This document shows, one piece after another, positions 26,201 to 39,200 of a DNA stretch of 64,000 nt. The translations under genes were made by a program, and so were the position numbers. Numbering within the stretch: the first letter of the stretch is position 1; every line of letters begins with the position of its first letter. The DNA comes from Squalus acanthias (taxonomy: Eukaryota), in contig CM059431.1 in NCBI GenBank assembly GCA_030390025.1, positions 141,548,001-141,612,000 of the forward strand. Reading direction: 5' to 3'. The notes beneath the pieces were generated by a model. The model searched no databases and was not told the DNA's origin. It saw only the letters and a list, made by a program, of their open reading frames with translations.

Positions 26201-26295
26201 TCTAGGACTTGGGACAGAGTCTCAAGATAAGGGGTCGGCCATTGAAGACTGAGATGAGGAGCAATTTCTTCACTGAGTGTCGTGAATCTTTGGAA
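23240..26295 (+). mobile_element. CR1 LINE (end of ORF1, APE endonuclease and RT), degenerate
   Basis: [49 protein letters not shown] and FADD-like motifs. Confidence 0.9.
24826..25144 (+). mobile_element. HE1-type V-SINE (tRNA-derived head, V-domain, CR1-like tail), nested in CR1
   Basis: A box GGTGGCATAGTGG, B box GGTTCGATACC, V-domain TTCTCCCCGTGTCTGCGTGGGTTTCCTCCGGGTGCTCCGGTTTCCTCCCACA, and a GATTCTGT repeat tail. Confidence 0.85.
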
Positions 26296-29194
26296 TTAGG
26301 GATGGGCAATAAATGCTGGCCTTGCCAGCGACGCCCACGTCACAGGAATGAATAATAAAACACTTACAATTAATTATATTTGGTTGAATTTCTCACATTA
26401 TTATCAAATTGTTCTTTTCTTTTTTTGTCCCTTTTGATAGGGGCCATTCTCTTTCACAATATCTGCTGCAATCTCCAGCTCCGCCCACAGTAACATACCA
26501 CTGATGGGGCGTAACTAGGGGCATAAATCTGTCACCAGGTGACATCACAAAGGAGCCAGGAGCCAATCATACAGCAGCCAATAACAATGTCGCAAAGCAG
26601 CTGGAGCTCCGCCCAGTCGAGGTCTCACATGGTCACATGACCATGCTCTGCTGCTGATTTGCAGTCTCACTGGGGATGAACACATTTTGCACATTCAGTC
26701 CTGTCTCCGACTCGGTTTTCATGTACTGAGCCTCCAGGGAGGGAGCACAGACTGACAAAATTGCCCCTTACGCATTCTCATCCCATCCTCAGTATGAGGA
26801 CCCACTATCCAATAGCCCAAAGATTCACCTTTTGATGCATACACCCCAAGTCTCCCTCACATAATATCAAGCAGTTCGTTTCAACTGCCTTGGCAGCAAC
26901 CAGGAACAATGTCATGAAGCAGCCGCAGCTCCGCCCCATCGAGTTGTAAATGGATCACATGACCATGCTCTTCTCCTAGTGTGCAGTCTCAATGGGCATG
27001 AACACATGTTCTACATTCAGTCCTATCTCCGACCCCATTCCCATGTACTGTGACCCCAGGCAGGGAGCACAACCACGCAAATTGCCCTTTATGAATTCTC
27101 CGTCCAATCCTCCGAATATGAGCTCCCACTATTCAGTTGCCCAAATGTCCACCTTTTCATTATGCACTCCAAAGAGTCGCTCACATAGTATCAAGCGGTG
27201 CGACTCCCTCCTGCCTCGCCAGTGAAATGCAGTTTGAGCTAATGGGACTCGGATGAAGATATAACTACCTAATCTGTGTTCTTAAAGCAGCCTATTCCCT
27301 GTAACATGAAGGGGCGTCAGAGGCACATTGTAGGGGTTATCAGGGCTATCAATGGGTGGGCCCATATGAGCAATAATTGGAGGGGAAATCATGGGCAATA
27401 ATAGTTAAATCTCCATCTAAACTGTCCTATCAAACACTCGCAGTTCATGTGAGGCACGAGATATATGCAGAGTAAAACCAGCTCTACACCATCCCATCAA
27501 ATATTCCCATCTCAGGTACAGCACGGGTTATCTACATTGTAAAGCACATTCTATGCTGCCCCATCAAACACTCCCAGATCAGGTACAGAACGGTTTAGAT
27601 ACAGAGTAAACCTCTGTCTGCACTTTCACATCAAACACACTCACATTCGACACTGTATGGTTTAAATAAAGAGTAAAGGTTCCTCTACAATTCCCATCAA
27701 ACACTCCCAGTTCAGGAACAGCACATGTAAGATACAGAGTAAATCTCCCTCGACACTCTCCCATCAAATGCTCCCAGGGCAAGTAGACAGGGGTTAGATA
27801 CAGTGTAAATCTCACTACAACTATCGACCTATATCGACACCCAGTTCGTGTGGTGCTGATTCGATTTTGCTCTCCACCTTCCTGAGACAATGCTCACTGC
27901 AAAAATCTTTTACAATAACAAAGGTTCCTTTAATTCTAGAATCTGTTGCTCGAAAACAATGGGACTAATTTGGCTACTATCAATATATTTAATTTGAATA
28001 TATTGAAAATTAATTACACTTGTTTGAATTACTCACTTTATATTTAACTTGCACTTTTCTTTCCTTGCCCCTATTTATGGGGACTGAACTCACTCATAAT
28101 ATCTGCTGCCAACACCGGCTCCGCCCACAGTAACTCACCACTGATGGGGCGTAACCAGAGGCGGAAACCTGTCTCCAGGTGACATCACAAACGAGCCAGG
28201 AGCCAATCACACAGCAACCATTAACAATGTCACAAAGCAGTTGGAGCTACGCCCCGTCGACGTGTCACAGGGTCACATGTACATGCTATGCTCCTGTGTG
28301 CAGTCTCACTGGGGATGGACACATGTTGTACATTCAGTCCTGTCTCCGACCCCGTTCCCATGTACTGAGATCCCAGGCAAGCAGCACAACCGCGTATGAT
28401 TGCCCCTGACACATTCTCCTCCCATCCTCCTAATATGAATACCCACTATTCACTGGCCCGTGTGTTCGTCTTTTGATTTATACACCCAAAGGCTCCCTCG
28501 CATCATATCAGGCAGTTTGTCTCCCTCCTGTCCTGGCAGTTAAAGGCAGTTTGAAAACTGCTGCTTGGATGAGGTTATAACAAGCACCTCTGTGTTCTAA
28601 ATCCAGTCCATTCCCTGTAACAGGAAGAGGCGTCAGAGGCACATTGTAGAGATCATCAGGGCTATCAATGTGTGGGGCAATTGGACCAATAATTGGAGGG
28701 GAAATAATAGATAAAGCTCCGTCTACACTGACCGATCAAACACTCGCAGTTCAGGTACGGCATGAGATACATGAAGTGTAAAACTACATCTACACTGTCC
28801 CATCAACCACTCCCAAATCATGTACGGCATGGGTTAGATACACTGTCGAGCACACTTTAAAACGTCCCATCAAACAATCCCACGTCAGGTACAGCACGGG
28901 GTAGCTACTGAGTAAATCTCGCTCTACACTGCCCCATCAAACTCGCCCAGGTCAGCTACAACACTGGTTAGATACCGAGCTAAAATGTCTCTAAACTGTC
29001 CCATCAAAAACATCCAGGTTTGGTACAGTATGTATTAAATACCGAGTAAAGATCATTTTACAAATTCCTATAATACATTCCCAGGTTAGTAAATGCACGG
29101 GTCAGATACAGAATAATGCTCCCTCGAAGCTGTTACAAAAAACTCTCACATGAAAGGTACAGCACGGATTAGATAAAAAGGAAAGCTCCCTGGA

Positions 29195-29700
29195 CACAAG
29201 GGGTCCTTGTGCATGAAACACAAAAAGTTAGCATGCAGGTACAGCAAGTCATCAAAAAGGCAAATGAATGTTGGCCTTTATTGCAAGGAGGTTGGAGTAT
29301 AAAAGCAGGGAAGTCCTGCTGGAACTGTACAGGGTGTTGGTCAGACCAAACCTTGGGTACTGCGTACAGTTTTGGTCTCCTTATTTGAGGAAGGATAAAC
29401 TTGCATTGGAGGCAGTTCATACATGATTCACACGGTTGATTCCTGAAAAGGGGGGGTTGACTTATGAAGAGTGTCGTAATTCTGTGGAATTCTCTACCTC
29501 AGAGAGCCGTGGAGGCTGGGTCATTAAATACATTAAAGGTGGAGATAGACAGATTTTTGCAAGATAAGGGAGTGAAGGGTTATGGGGAGTGGGCAGGGAA
29601 GTGGAATTGAGCCAAAGCTTAGCCATGATCTTACTGAATGGCGGAGCAGGCTCGAGGGGCTAAGTGGCCTATTCCTGCTCCTATTTCTTATGTTCTTCTG
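29195..29700 (+). mobile_element. CR1 3' fragment with internal deletion, inserted in the 67-bp satellite
   Basis: CR1 C-terminal and 3' UTR sequence ending CTCCTATTTCTTATGTTCTT; satellite on both sides. Confidence 0.85.
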
Positions 29701-30689
29701 ACACTGTCCTATCACCACTCCTACGCAGGTACATCTTGGGTTAGTTACGGAGAATAGCTCTCTCTAAAATGTCCCTTTATAAAGTCGAATTGCAAGTAGA
29801 CAGGGTTAGATACAATGTAAATCTCACTGTATAGTGGTTCACAAGTGCAGATAACTCAGGAACAGATTGTGGCCAATGCAACGTACAGCTCATCTGACAC
29901 GACCAATGAAGCACGGCGTCTCACTTGCAGCACAGTAGGTGAGTTCAAACACTCACAGGTCAGGTATAGCACGAGTTAGGTACAGACTAAAGTTCAGTCA
30001 GCATTGTCCCATCAAACACACCCAGGTTAGATACATTCTGGGTGAAATTCAGAGTAAAGGTCACTCTAAAAAGTCCCATCATACACTCCCATGGCAGTTG
30101 CAGCACTGGCTTGATACAGAATAATGCTCCCTCTATACTGTCCCAGAAAACACTCACAGGTGAGGAACAGCACTGGTCAGATACAGAGTAAAGGTACCTC
30201 GACACTGATCAATCAAACACACGCAGGTCAAGGAGACAGGGGGTTAGATATAATGTATATCTCACTGTATATTCGTTCACCGCGCAGAGTGAAGCACAAC
30301 ATCTCACGGACAGCATGGTATGAGTGCAAGACCAAAATCCATACACATATAAGCATCACGCACTCTCAGGTGAGGTATGGACTAGCTTTATATACAAGTA
30401 GATCGCCAGTGAAATTGACGCAATAATACCTAGACTTTTACCAGAGATTAAGCAGCACCAAATAGCTTGTTAGACTCTCACCTTGAACAAATCCTTTAGT
30501 GATGGGGTTCTCAGTGGGTCTCCTCGCTTTTCGAAAAGTATCCAAAGATGTATCGATCTCTGTCTTGAATATAGACAACGACTGAGCATCGAAAGCCTTC
30601 TAGGTAGATAATACCAAAGATTCACAAAATTTGAATAAGAAATGACTCCTCTCAGTCCTAAATGGCCGACCTCTTACTGTAAGAATATT

Positions 30690-32890
30690 TTTTTTTGCTA
30701 TTACTTTTATGGGATCAGGGCGCCGCTGGCAATGCCAGCATTTATTACCCATCCCTAGTTGCTCTTGAGAAGGTGGTAGCGAGCCGCTTTCTTGAACCGC
30801 TGCAGTCCGTGTGGTGATGGTACTCCCACAGTGCTGTTAGGGAGGGAGTTCCAGGATTTTGACCCAGTGACGATGAAGGATCGGCGGTATACTTCTAAGT
30901 CAGGATGGTATGTGACTTGATAGGGAACTTGGAGGTGGTGGTGTTCCCATGCGCCTGCTGCCCTTGTCCTTCTAGTTGGAAGAGGTCGTGGGTTAGGGAA
31001 GTGCTGCTGAAGAAGCCTTGGCGAGTTGCTGCAGTGCATCTTGTAGATGGTACACACTGCAGCCACGGTACGCCAGTGGTGGAGGGAGTGCATGTTTAAG
31101 GTGGTGGATGGGGCGCCAATCAAGCGGGCTGCTTTGTCCTGGATGGTGTCGAGCTTCTTGAGTTTTGTTGGAGCTGCACTCATACAGGCAAGTGGGTTGT
31201 ATTCCATCACACTCCTTACTTGTGCCTTGTAGATGGTGGAAAGGCTTTGGGGAGTCTGGAGTTGAGACACTCGCCACAGAATACCTAGCCTCTGACCTGC
31301 TCTTGCTGCCACAGTATTTATGTGGCTGGTCCAGTTAAGTTTCTGGTTAAGGATGACCCCCAGGATGTTGATAGTTGGGGTTTCGGCGATGGTAATGCCA
31401 TTGAATGTCAAGGGGAGGTGATTAGACTCTCGCTTGTTGGAGATAGTCATTGCCTAGCACTTCTGTGAAGCGAAAGTTACTTGCCACTTATCAGCCCAAG
31501 CCTGAACGTGGTCTAGATCTTGGTGCATGCGGGCATGGACTGCTTCATTATATGTGCAGTTGAGAATGGCGCTGAACACTGTGCAGTCATCAGCGAACAT
31601 CCCCATTTCTGACCTAATGTTGGAGGGAAGGTCATTGATGAAGCAGCTGAAGATGATTGGGCCGAGGACACTGCCCTGAGGAACTCCTGCAGCGATGTCC
31701 TGGGACTGTGATGATTGACCTGCAACCACCACAACCATCTTCCTTTGTGCTCGGTATGACTCCAGCCAGTGGAGTGTTTTCCCCGCTTCCCATTGACTTC
31801 AGTTTTACTCGGGATCCTTGATGCCAGACTCGGTCAAATGCTGCCTTGATGTCAAGGGCAGTCACTCTCACCTCACCACTGGAATTCAGCTGCTTTGTCC
31901 ATGTTTGGACCAAGGCTGTAATGAGGTCGGGAGCCGAGTGGTCTTGGCGGAACCCAAACTGGGCATCAGTGAGCAGGTTATTGGTGAGTAAGAGCGGCTT
32001 GATAGCACTGTCGATGACACCTTCCATCACTTTGCTGATGAAGAGAGTAGACTGATGGGGCAGTAATTGGCCGGGTTGGATTTGTCCTGCTTTTTGTGGA
32101 CAGGACATACCTGGGCAGTTTTCCACCTTGTCGGATAGATGCCAGTGTTGTAGCTGTACTCGAACAGCTTGGCTAGAGGCTCGGCTCGTCCTGGAGCACA
32201 AGTCTTCAGCACGATAGCTGGGATGATGTCGGGGCCCATAGCCTTTGCTATATCCAGTCCGCTCAGCCGTTTCTTGATATCACGTGGAGTGAATCGAATT
32301 GGCTGAAGAATGGCTTTTGTGATGATGGGGACCTCGGGAGTAGCCCGATATGGATCATCCACTTGGCACATCTGCCTGAAGTTGTTTGAAAACGCTTAAG
32401 CCTTGTCTTTTGCACTCACGTGCTGGGCTCCGCCATCATTGAGGATGGGGATATTCTTGGAGCCTCCTCCTCCCGTTAGTTGTTTCTTGGTCCACCACCA
32501 TTCACGACTGGATGTTGCTGACTGCAGAGCTTTGATCTGATCCGTTGATTGTGGGATCGTTTAGCCCTGTCTACAGCATGTTGCTTCCGCTTTTTAGCAT
32601 GCATGTAGTCCTGTGTTGCAGCTTCCCCAGTTGGCACCTCCTTTTTAGGTACGCCTGATGCTGCTCCTGGCATGCTCTTCTACACTCCTTGTTGAACCAG
32701 GGTTGGTCCCCTGGCTTGGTAGCAATGGTAGAGTGAGTGATATGCCGGGCCATGAGGTTAAAGATTGTGGTGGAATACAATTCTGCTGCTGCTGATGGCC
32801 CACAGCGCCTCATGGATGCCCAGTTTTGGGCTGCTAGATCTGTTCTGAATCTATCCCATTTAGCACGGTGGTAGTGCCACACAACACTGC
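30690..32890 (-). mobile_element. Second-lineage CR1-group LINE (RT region to 3' end), nested within a CR1
   Basis: [43 protein letters not shown]; distinct 3' end GGGATGGG.AATAAATGCTGGC. Confidence 0.85.
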
Positions 32891-32894
32891 GACC

Positions 32895-33745
32895 CCTAGT
32901 TCCAGACTCCACAGCCAGGGAAACATCCTCCCAGCATCTACCCTGTCAAGAACCTTAAGAATTTTCAACGTTTCAGTGGAAACACCTCTCATTTTTCTAA
33001 ACTCTAGAGAATATAGGCCTAGTCTACTCAATCTCTCCTCATAGGACAATACCCCCATCCCAGGAACCAGTATAGTGAGCCTCGGTGACAGTCCCTCTAA
33101 GGCAAGTATAACTTCCCTTACGAAAGGAGACAAACATTGTACACAGTACTCCAGGTGTGGTCTCAGCAAGGCCCTATATAATTGCAGTAAGACGTCTTTA
33201 CTCTTATACCCTAATTATTTTGCAATAAAGGCTAACAAAACATTTGCTTTCCTAATATATTGCTGTACCTGCAAGTTAACTTTCTGTGATTCGTGTACAA
33301 GACACCCATGTCCCTCTGAACACCAACATTTCCCAATCTCTCACCATTTAAAAAATATTCTGCTATTCTATGTTTCCTACCAAAGTGGATAACTTTACAC
33401 GTCTCCACGTTATATTCCATCTGCCACATTCTTGCTCAGTCACTGAAACTGTCTATATCCCTTTGCAGCCTCTTTGTGTCCTCCTCACAATTTATTTCTT
33501 CCACCTGGCTTTGTATCGTCAACAAACATGGATAGATTCCACTCGGTCCCTTCATCTAAGTCATTAATATAGATTGTAAGTAGCTGAGGCACAAGCACTG
33601 ATCCTTGCGTTACCCCACTAGTTACAGCCTGCTATCCCGCAATTACCTGTTTATTCCTACTCACTGTTTTTTGTCCGTTAACCAATCCTCAGTCCATGGT
33701 AATATGTTACCACCAATCCCATGAGCCCAGATTTTGTGTAATAAC
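32895..33745 (-). mobile_element. CR1 fragment (continues at 30540-30685)
   Basis: RPHLEYCVQ, LSRLGLYSLEFRKMRG and WQMEYNVETCKVIHFG. Confidence 0.85.
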
Positions 33746-34569
33746 CTTCAGTGAGACACCTTATCGAATTCTTTTTGAAAATCCAAATCTACTCCATTCA
33801 CTGGTGATTATGTGGCTGAAGGGCAGCATATAGATGAAAATAGGAGGGGTCAAAGAACAAAGAAACATAGGAACTGCTGGAGGAAAAATGACCACAGTTC
33901 ATCTAGTTCACCTTCTACCATCCTGCTAGTCGCATGTTACATTAATACAGTTGTTTACTAATCATCGCAATCGATCTCCATCAATCAGTCTACAACAGAG
34001 CCTTTAAAGACAAGAGTAAAATCCCAGTGACGCAGCGCTCTGTCCACCATCGGTTCAAAGTCAGCAATTCATCAGAAGCTTGCACACTTAGGTCATGTCT
34101 CAAATTATTCATATACCGTTTCCCAAAATTTTACTTTCTGAAAGCAATCACTCTAATTTTCATTTGAGTTAGTTATTTGTAACTGCATTCCACTGTCTTT
34201 CCAAGGAACCTGTTACAAAGATTGTTCATGGTATTGTTTATATAGATTTATATAGAATGTACAGCACAGGAACAGACCACACGGTCCGACTGGTCCATGT
34301 TGGTGTTTATGCTCCACACGAGCCTCCTCCCACCTCACTCACCTGAACCTATCAGCATCTCCTTCAATTATTTTCTTTCTTATGTACTTACCTAGCTTCC
34401 CCTTAAATGTATCGATGTCACTCGCCACAACTAATCCTTGTAGTAGCGAATTCCACATTCTAAACAGTCTCTTGTTGAATAAGTTTCTCCTGGACTCCCT
34501 TTTGGATTTATTAGTGTCTATATTACATTCATGGTCACGAGTTTTATTCTCCTCACAAGTGGGAATGTC

Positions 34570-34885
34570 TTCTTTTTTTTTCCTCCCAGAAGCTGGCAGC
34601 TGTCCTTCATTCTGCCAGTGCATTTCACACTTCATTTAGCCTCAACCTGTTATATCAACACCTCCTCTGGCCGTGATTATCTCATAACGTCTCTCAATGT
34701 CTCTTAATCTCTCCTTTTGTTCTTTCATCCCCTCCCCCTTTTCCCAGCTTTAACTTGCTTTAAATCTATTTCATTTCCTGCTTTTTTCCAGTTCTGACGA
34801 AAGGTCTTCGACCTGAAACTTTTTCTCTGTTTCTCTCTCCACGGATGCTGCCTGTCCTGCTGAGTTTTTCCAACGTTTTATGTTG
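34570..34885 (+). mobile_element. Penelope-like 3' end with a hammerhead-ribozyme core remnant, nested in an old minus-strand CR1 (about 34250-35100)
   Basis: CTGACGA (34794-34800), stem AGGTC-TTC-GACCT, GAAA (34815-34818), followed by TCTCTCTCCACGGATGCTGCCTG. Confidence 0.6.
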
Positions 34886-35137
34886 TTATTTGGGAATGTC
34901 TTCTCTTCGTTTACCCTATCAAACCCATTCATAATTTTAAAGACTTCTATCAGTTTACCCGTCAGCACACTCTTTTCTAGAGAGATTGCAGAATCTTTCC
35001 TGACAGGTATAATCTCATATTCCAGGAATAAAACCTTGAAATATCTTCTTCACCTCTTTCAGTGCCTCTATTTCATTTTTATAACATGAAAATCAGAGTC
35101 AAGCTTCTGAACCACAGTGTAAGTGTAGTGGTACTTC

Positions 35138-35560
35138 ATAGAATCATAGAGTCATAGAAAGTTACAGCATGGAAGGAGTCCATTTCGGCCCATCATGTCC
35201 GCGCCGGCTAACAAAGAGCTATCCAGCCTAATTCCACTTCCCACCCATGGTCCGTAGCCCTGCAGGTTACAGCATCCCAAGTGCGCATCTAAGTACTTTT
35301 TTAACGTGGTTAGTGTTCCTGCCTCTACCAACCTTTCAGGCAGTGAGTTCCAGATGCTCAAAACTTTCTGGGTGAAGAGATTTCCCCTCAAATCCCCTCT
35401 AAATCTTCCACCAATTAGTTAAAATCTGTGTCCCCTGGTTTTTGACCCCACTGCTAAGGGAAATAGGTCTTTCTATCCACTTTATCTATGCCACTCATAA
35501 TTTTGTACACCTCAATATGGTCTCCCCTCAGCCTCCTCTGTTCCAAAGAAAACAGACCCA
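35138..35560 (-). mobile_element. CR1 3' end
   Basis: RGNLFTQKVLSIWNSLP; CATAGAATCATAGAGTCATAG tail. Confidence 0.85.
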
Positions 35561-36232
35561 GCTAGTACTTCTAGTTCCAGAGGATGTTTAACTCTAGTGT
35601 AAGGATAGGTTGCCACTGATATTGTAGGAGAAATGTGAATTCTATTGTAAGTGTAGGATACCAATAGTACTGGATTAGCACGTTCACCTATACTGTAAGT
35701 GTAGGGTAATACTCGTACCGGAGAAGCACTGACATCGCTCGTTTAAGTGTAGAAGTACCACTAGTAGTGGAGGAGCTTGGTCCACTCTTCTGTATGTTTA
35801 GCGAACCTCTAGTACCGAAGGAGTGCGCTCACCTCTGGTGTAAATATAGGCTATCACGAGTACCAGAGGAGCACAGTCAACTCTACTGTAGGAGTAGGAT
35901 ATAAATAGTACAGGAGGAGCACTGTCATATCTACTGTAGGTGTAGGATATAAATAGTACAGGAGGAGCACGGTCATATCTACTGTAGGTGTAGGATATAA
36001 ATAGTACAGGAGGAGCACGGTCATCTCTACTGTAGGTGTAGGATATAAATAGTACAGGAGGAGCACGGTCATCTCTACTGTAGGTGTAGGATATAAATAG
36101 TACAGGAGGAGCACGGTCATCTCTACTGTAGGTGTAGGATATAAAAAGTACAGGAGGAGCACGGTCATCTCTAGTGTAAGAGCAGGTTGTCACTAGTAGT
36201 GGAGGAGCACGGTATCGTCTAGTGTAAGTGTA
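35561..36232. repeat. 48-bp minisatellite upstream of GPCR copy A (resumes at 40586-40670)
   Basis: Unit such as CTCTACTGTAGGTGTAGGATATAAATAGTACAGGAGGAGCACGGTCAT; about 6 homogeneous copies at 35880-36170 with degenerate flanks. Confidence 0.9.
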
Positions 36233-39200
36233 AGTACTGCCAGAGAGCTGACCCATAAATCTGAGTAATATAAACAAGGGAGGTTGGTGTGCAGTTTGTC
36301 ACGGAGTGCAGCTTGAAATAAAGTGAACAATTTGGAAGTTTGGTAAGTGTGGGAGTTCGGTGAAGTGGGGGAAGGAGGTGTTGCTTTGCCTTGCTTTTCC
36401 TAACCTCTCCCGCAGAGTGGCTGCGGACCTGAGCGGGAGCGGACCGAGGCCCGAGAGCGGGGATAAAAACAGCAGCAGACCTGCAACAACAAGAGAAAAC
36501 GGCAGTGTGACGTCACAGGTAAGGCAGGTAAGTGATTGGTAGTGACTGTGGGCTGACGTTTAAGTTAACTTATAGCATATGATTAAATTTTAAAAACGAA
36601 GCTTAATTTAATTAATTTAGTAAACTAAGCGAGGAAAATACTTTGGTTACCATTAAACTAAATAATTAAATAAATAAAATAATGGGAGAACAGGAGATGT
36701 GTTGCTGCTGCAATATGTGGGAGCTTGTTGATATTTTAGTCCAGGGCGATTACATCTGTGATAAGTGTCTGCAGATCGAGGAACTTCATCTCCGATTTGA
36801 GGTGATGGAGTCCGAGCTGTAGACATTGCGAGACATCAGGAAGGGAGGAAGTTAACTGGACTTTTGCTCCAGGAGGCAGGCACACCCCTTAGACTAAATA
36901 CTTTAGAATTGACACGTGGTCAGCGACAGGAGGGTGTGACTGCGAGTGAGGCAAGTACTGGGATCCCGGAGTTGGATTGCAGGAGCCTCAGTCCCTGCAC
37001 TTGTCAATAGATTCGAGGTTCTTGCAACCCTTGTGGACAAGTGCGGGGACTGCAGGGAGGACGAGCAAACTGACCACTGCACCGTGGTGCAGGAAGCCGT
37101 TCAAGTGGGGGGAGTAAAAAGGAAGGTGGTTGTTGTAGTTGACAGTATAGTTAGGGGGATAGACACTGTTCTCAGCAGCCAGGAGCATGAGTCCCGAAGG
37201 CTATGTTGCCTACCTGGTGCCAGTGTAAAGGACATCTCCTCCGGGCTGGAGAAGAACTTCGAGTGGGAGGGGGAGGATCCAATTGTCAGGGTCCACGTAG
37301 GTACCAACGACATAGGTAGGACTAAGAAAGAGGTTCAGCTGAGAGCGTTTGAGCAGCTCGGAACTAAATTTTAAAAAGCAGAAGCACAAAGATAATAATC
37401 TCTGGATTATTACCTGAGCCACGAGCAAATTGGTATAGGGGCAACAGGAACAGGGAGATGAATGCGTGGCTGAAAGTTTGGTGTGGGAGAAGTGGGTTTC
37501 GATTCGTGGGGCGCTGGCATCAGTACTGGGGAAAGAGAGAGCTGTTCCGTGAACCATGCTGGGACCAGAGCTGTAGCGAATCGAATAACTAGGGAGGCAG
37601 ATAGGGCTTTAAAATAAATAAGAGTGGGCGGGAGGGGCACGTTGTAGAGAAATCTAGAATGTTAAATAGAAAAGACAGGGTAGCATTGCAGGAACGGGAA
37701 TGGGGTAAGGATAACCAGATTTTGTCAGGAATGGACAGAGCGCATAAACAAAAGAGTGCACTAACAAATAGGGTCCTGGTAAGAAAAAAATTGGAAGACA
37801 AGTAGGGCCATAGTACCAAAAATATTTTGATGTCTAAAAATGTTAAAAAGACCAATCGAAAGGCACTGTATCTGAATGCACGAAGCATTCATAATAAGGT
37901 AGACGAATTTACAGCGCAAATAGATATAACTGCAGTTACGGAGACATGGCTGCAGGGTGACCAAGGCTGAGACCTGAATATCCAAGGATATTCCATATGT
38001 AGGAAGGACAGGCAAAAAGGAAAATGAGGTGGGGTGGCGTTGTTCGTAAAGGATGAAATTAGAGCAATAGAGAGAAAGGATATTGGCTCAGAAAATCAAG
38101 ATGTAGAATTACACAAGGTGGAGCTAAGAAGCACCAAGGGGCAGAACACATTGGTGGGAGTTGTATATCGGCCTACAAACAGTAGTGGTAATGTAGGGAA
38201 CGGCATCAAACTGGAAATTAGAGATGCATGTAACAAGCGTACTACAGTACTCATGAGTGTCTTTAGTCTACATATAGACTGACCAAACCAAATTTGCAAT
38301 TATACTGTGGAGGATGAATTCCTGGAGTGTGTACAAGATATTTTTTAGACCAGTACGTAAAGGAGCTATCTAGTGAACAGGCTATCAAAGATTGGGCATT
38401 GTGCAATGAGAAGCGGTTAAATAATAATCTTGTTGTGCGGGGTCCTTTAGGGAAGAGCGACCATAACAAGATAGCAATATTCATTAAGATGGAAAGTGAG
38501 GTAGTCCAATCCGAAACTAGGGTCCTAAATCTAATCAAAGGAAACCATGAAGGTATGAGGAGGGAGTTGGCTATGATAGGTTGGGGAGCTTCATTTAAAT
38601 GTGGATAGGCAATGGCTAACATTTAAGGAACGAATTCACGAGTTGCAGCAGTTATACATTCCTTTCTGGCGCAAAAACACAAAAGGAAAAGCGGCCCAAC
38701 CATGGCTTAAAAAAAAATTAAGGATAGTATTAGATCCAAAGAGGAGTCATATAAAGTTGCCAGAAAAAGTAGCAAGCGTGTGGATTGGGAGCAGTTCAGA
38801 ATTCAGCAAAAAAGGACCAAGAGATTGATTAAGAGGTAAAAATAGATTATGAGAGTAAACTGTCAAGGAACATAAAAGCGGCTTCTACAAGTATGTAAAA
38901 AGAAAAAGATTAGTGAAGACAAATGTAGGTCCCTTACAGTCAGAAACTTGAGAATGTATAATGGGGAACTAGGAAATGACTGAGCAATTAAACAAATAAT
39001 TTGGTTCTGTCTTCATGGTAGAGGACACAAATAACTTCCCAGAAATGCTAAGGAACCAAGGGTCTAGTGAGAAGGAGGAATTAAAGGAAATTAGTATTTG
39101 GAAAAAAATGGTGTTGGAGACATTAATGGTACTGAAACCCTATAAATCCCCAGGTCCTGATAATCTGCATCCCAGAGTAATAAAAGACGTAGCCATGGAA

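Larger units (their letters stand above)
21085..30530. repeat. Decayed composite tandem array (roughly 1.6-2.4 kb units) interrupted by CR1 insertions
   Basis: Homologous blocks recur: 21085-21500 / 22700-23075 / 27845-28010 / 30370-30530; promoter-like block 21580-21840 / 26456-26730 / 28096-28375; each unit contains the 67-bp satellite. Confidence 0.8.

Noticed and set aside
35798..36277. 159-aa repetitive ORF
   Set aside because: Translation of the 48-bp minisatellite.
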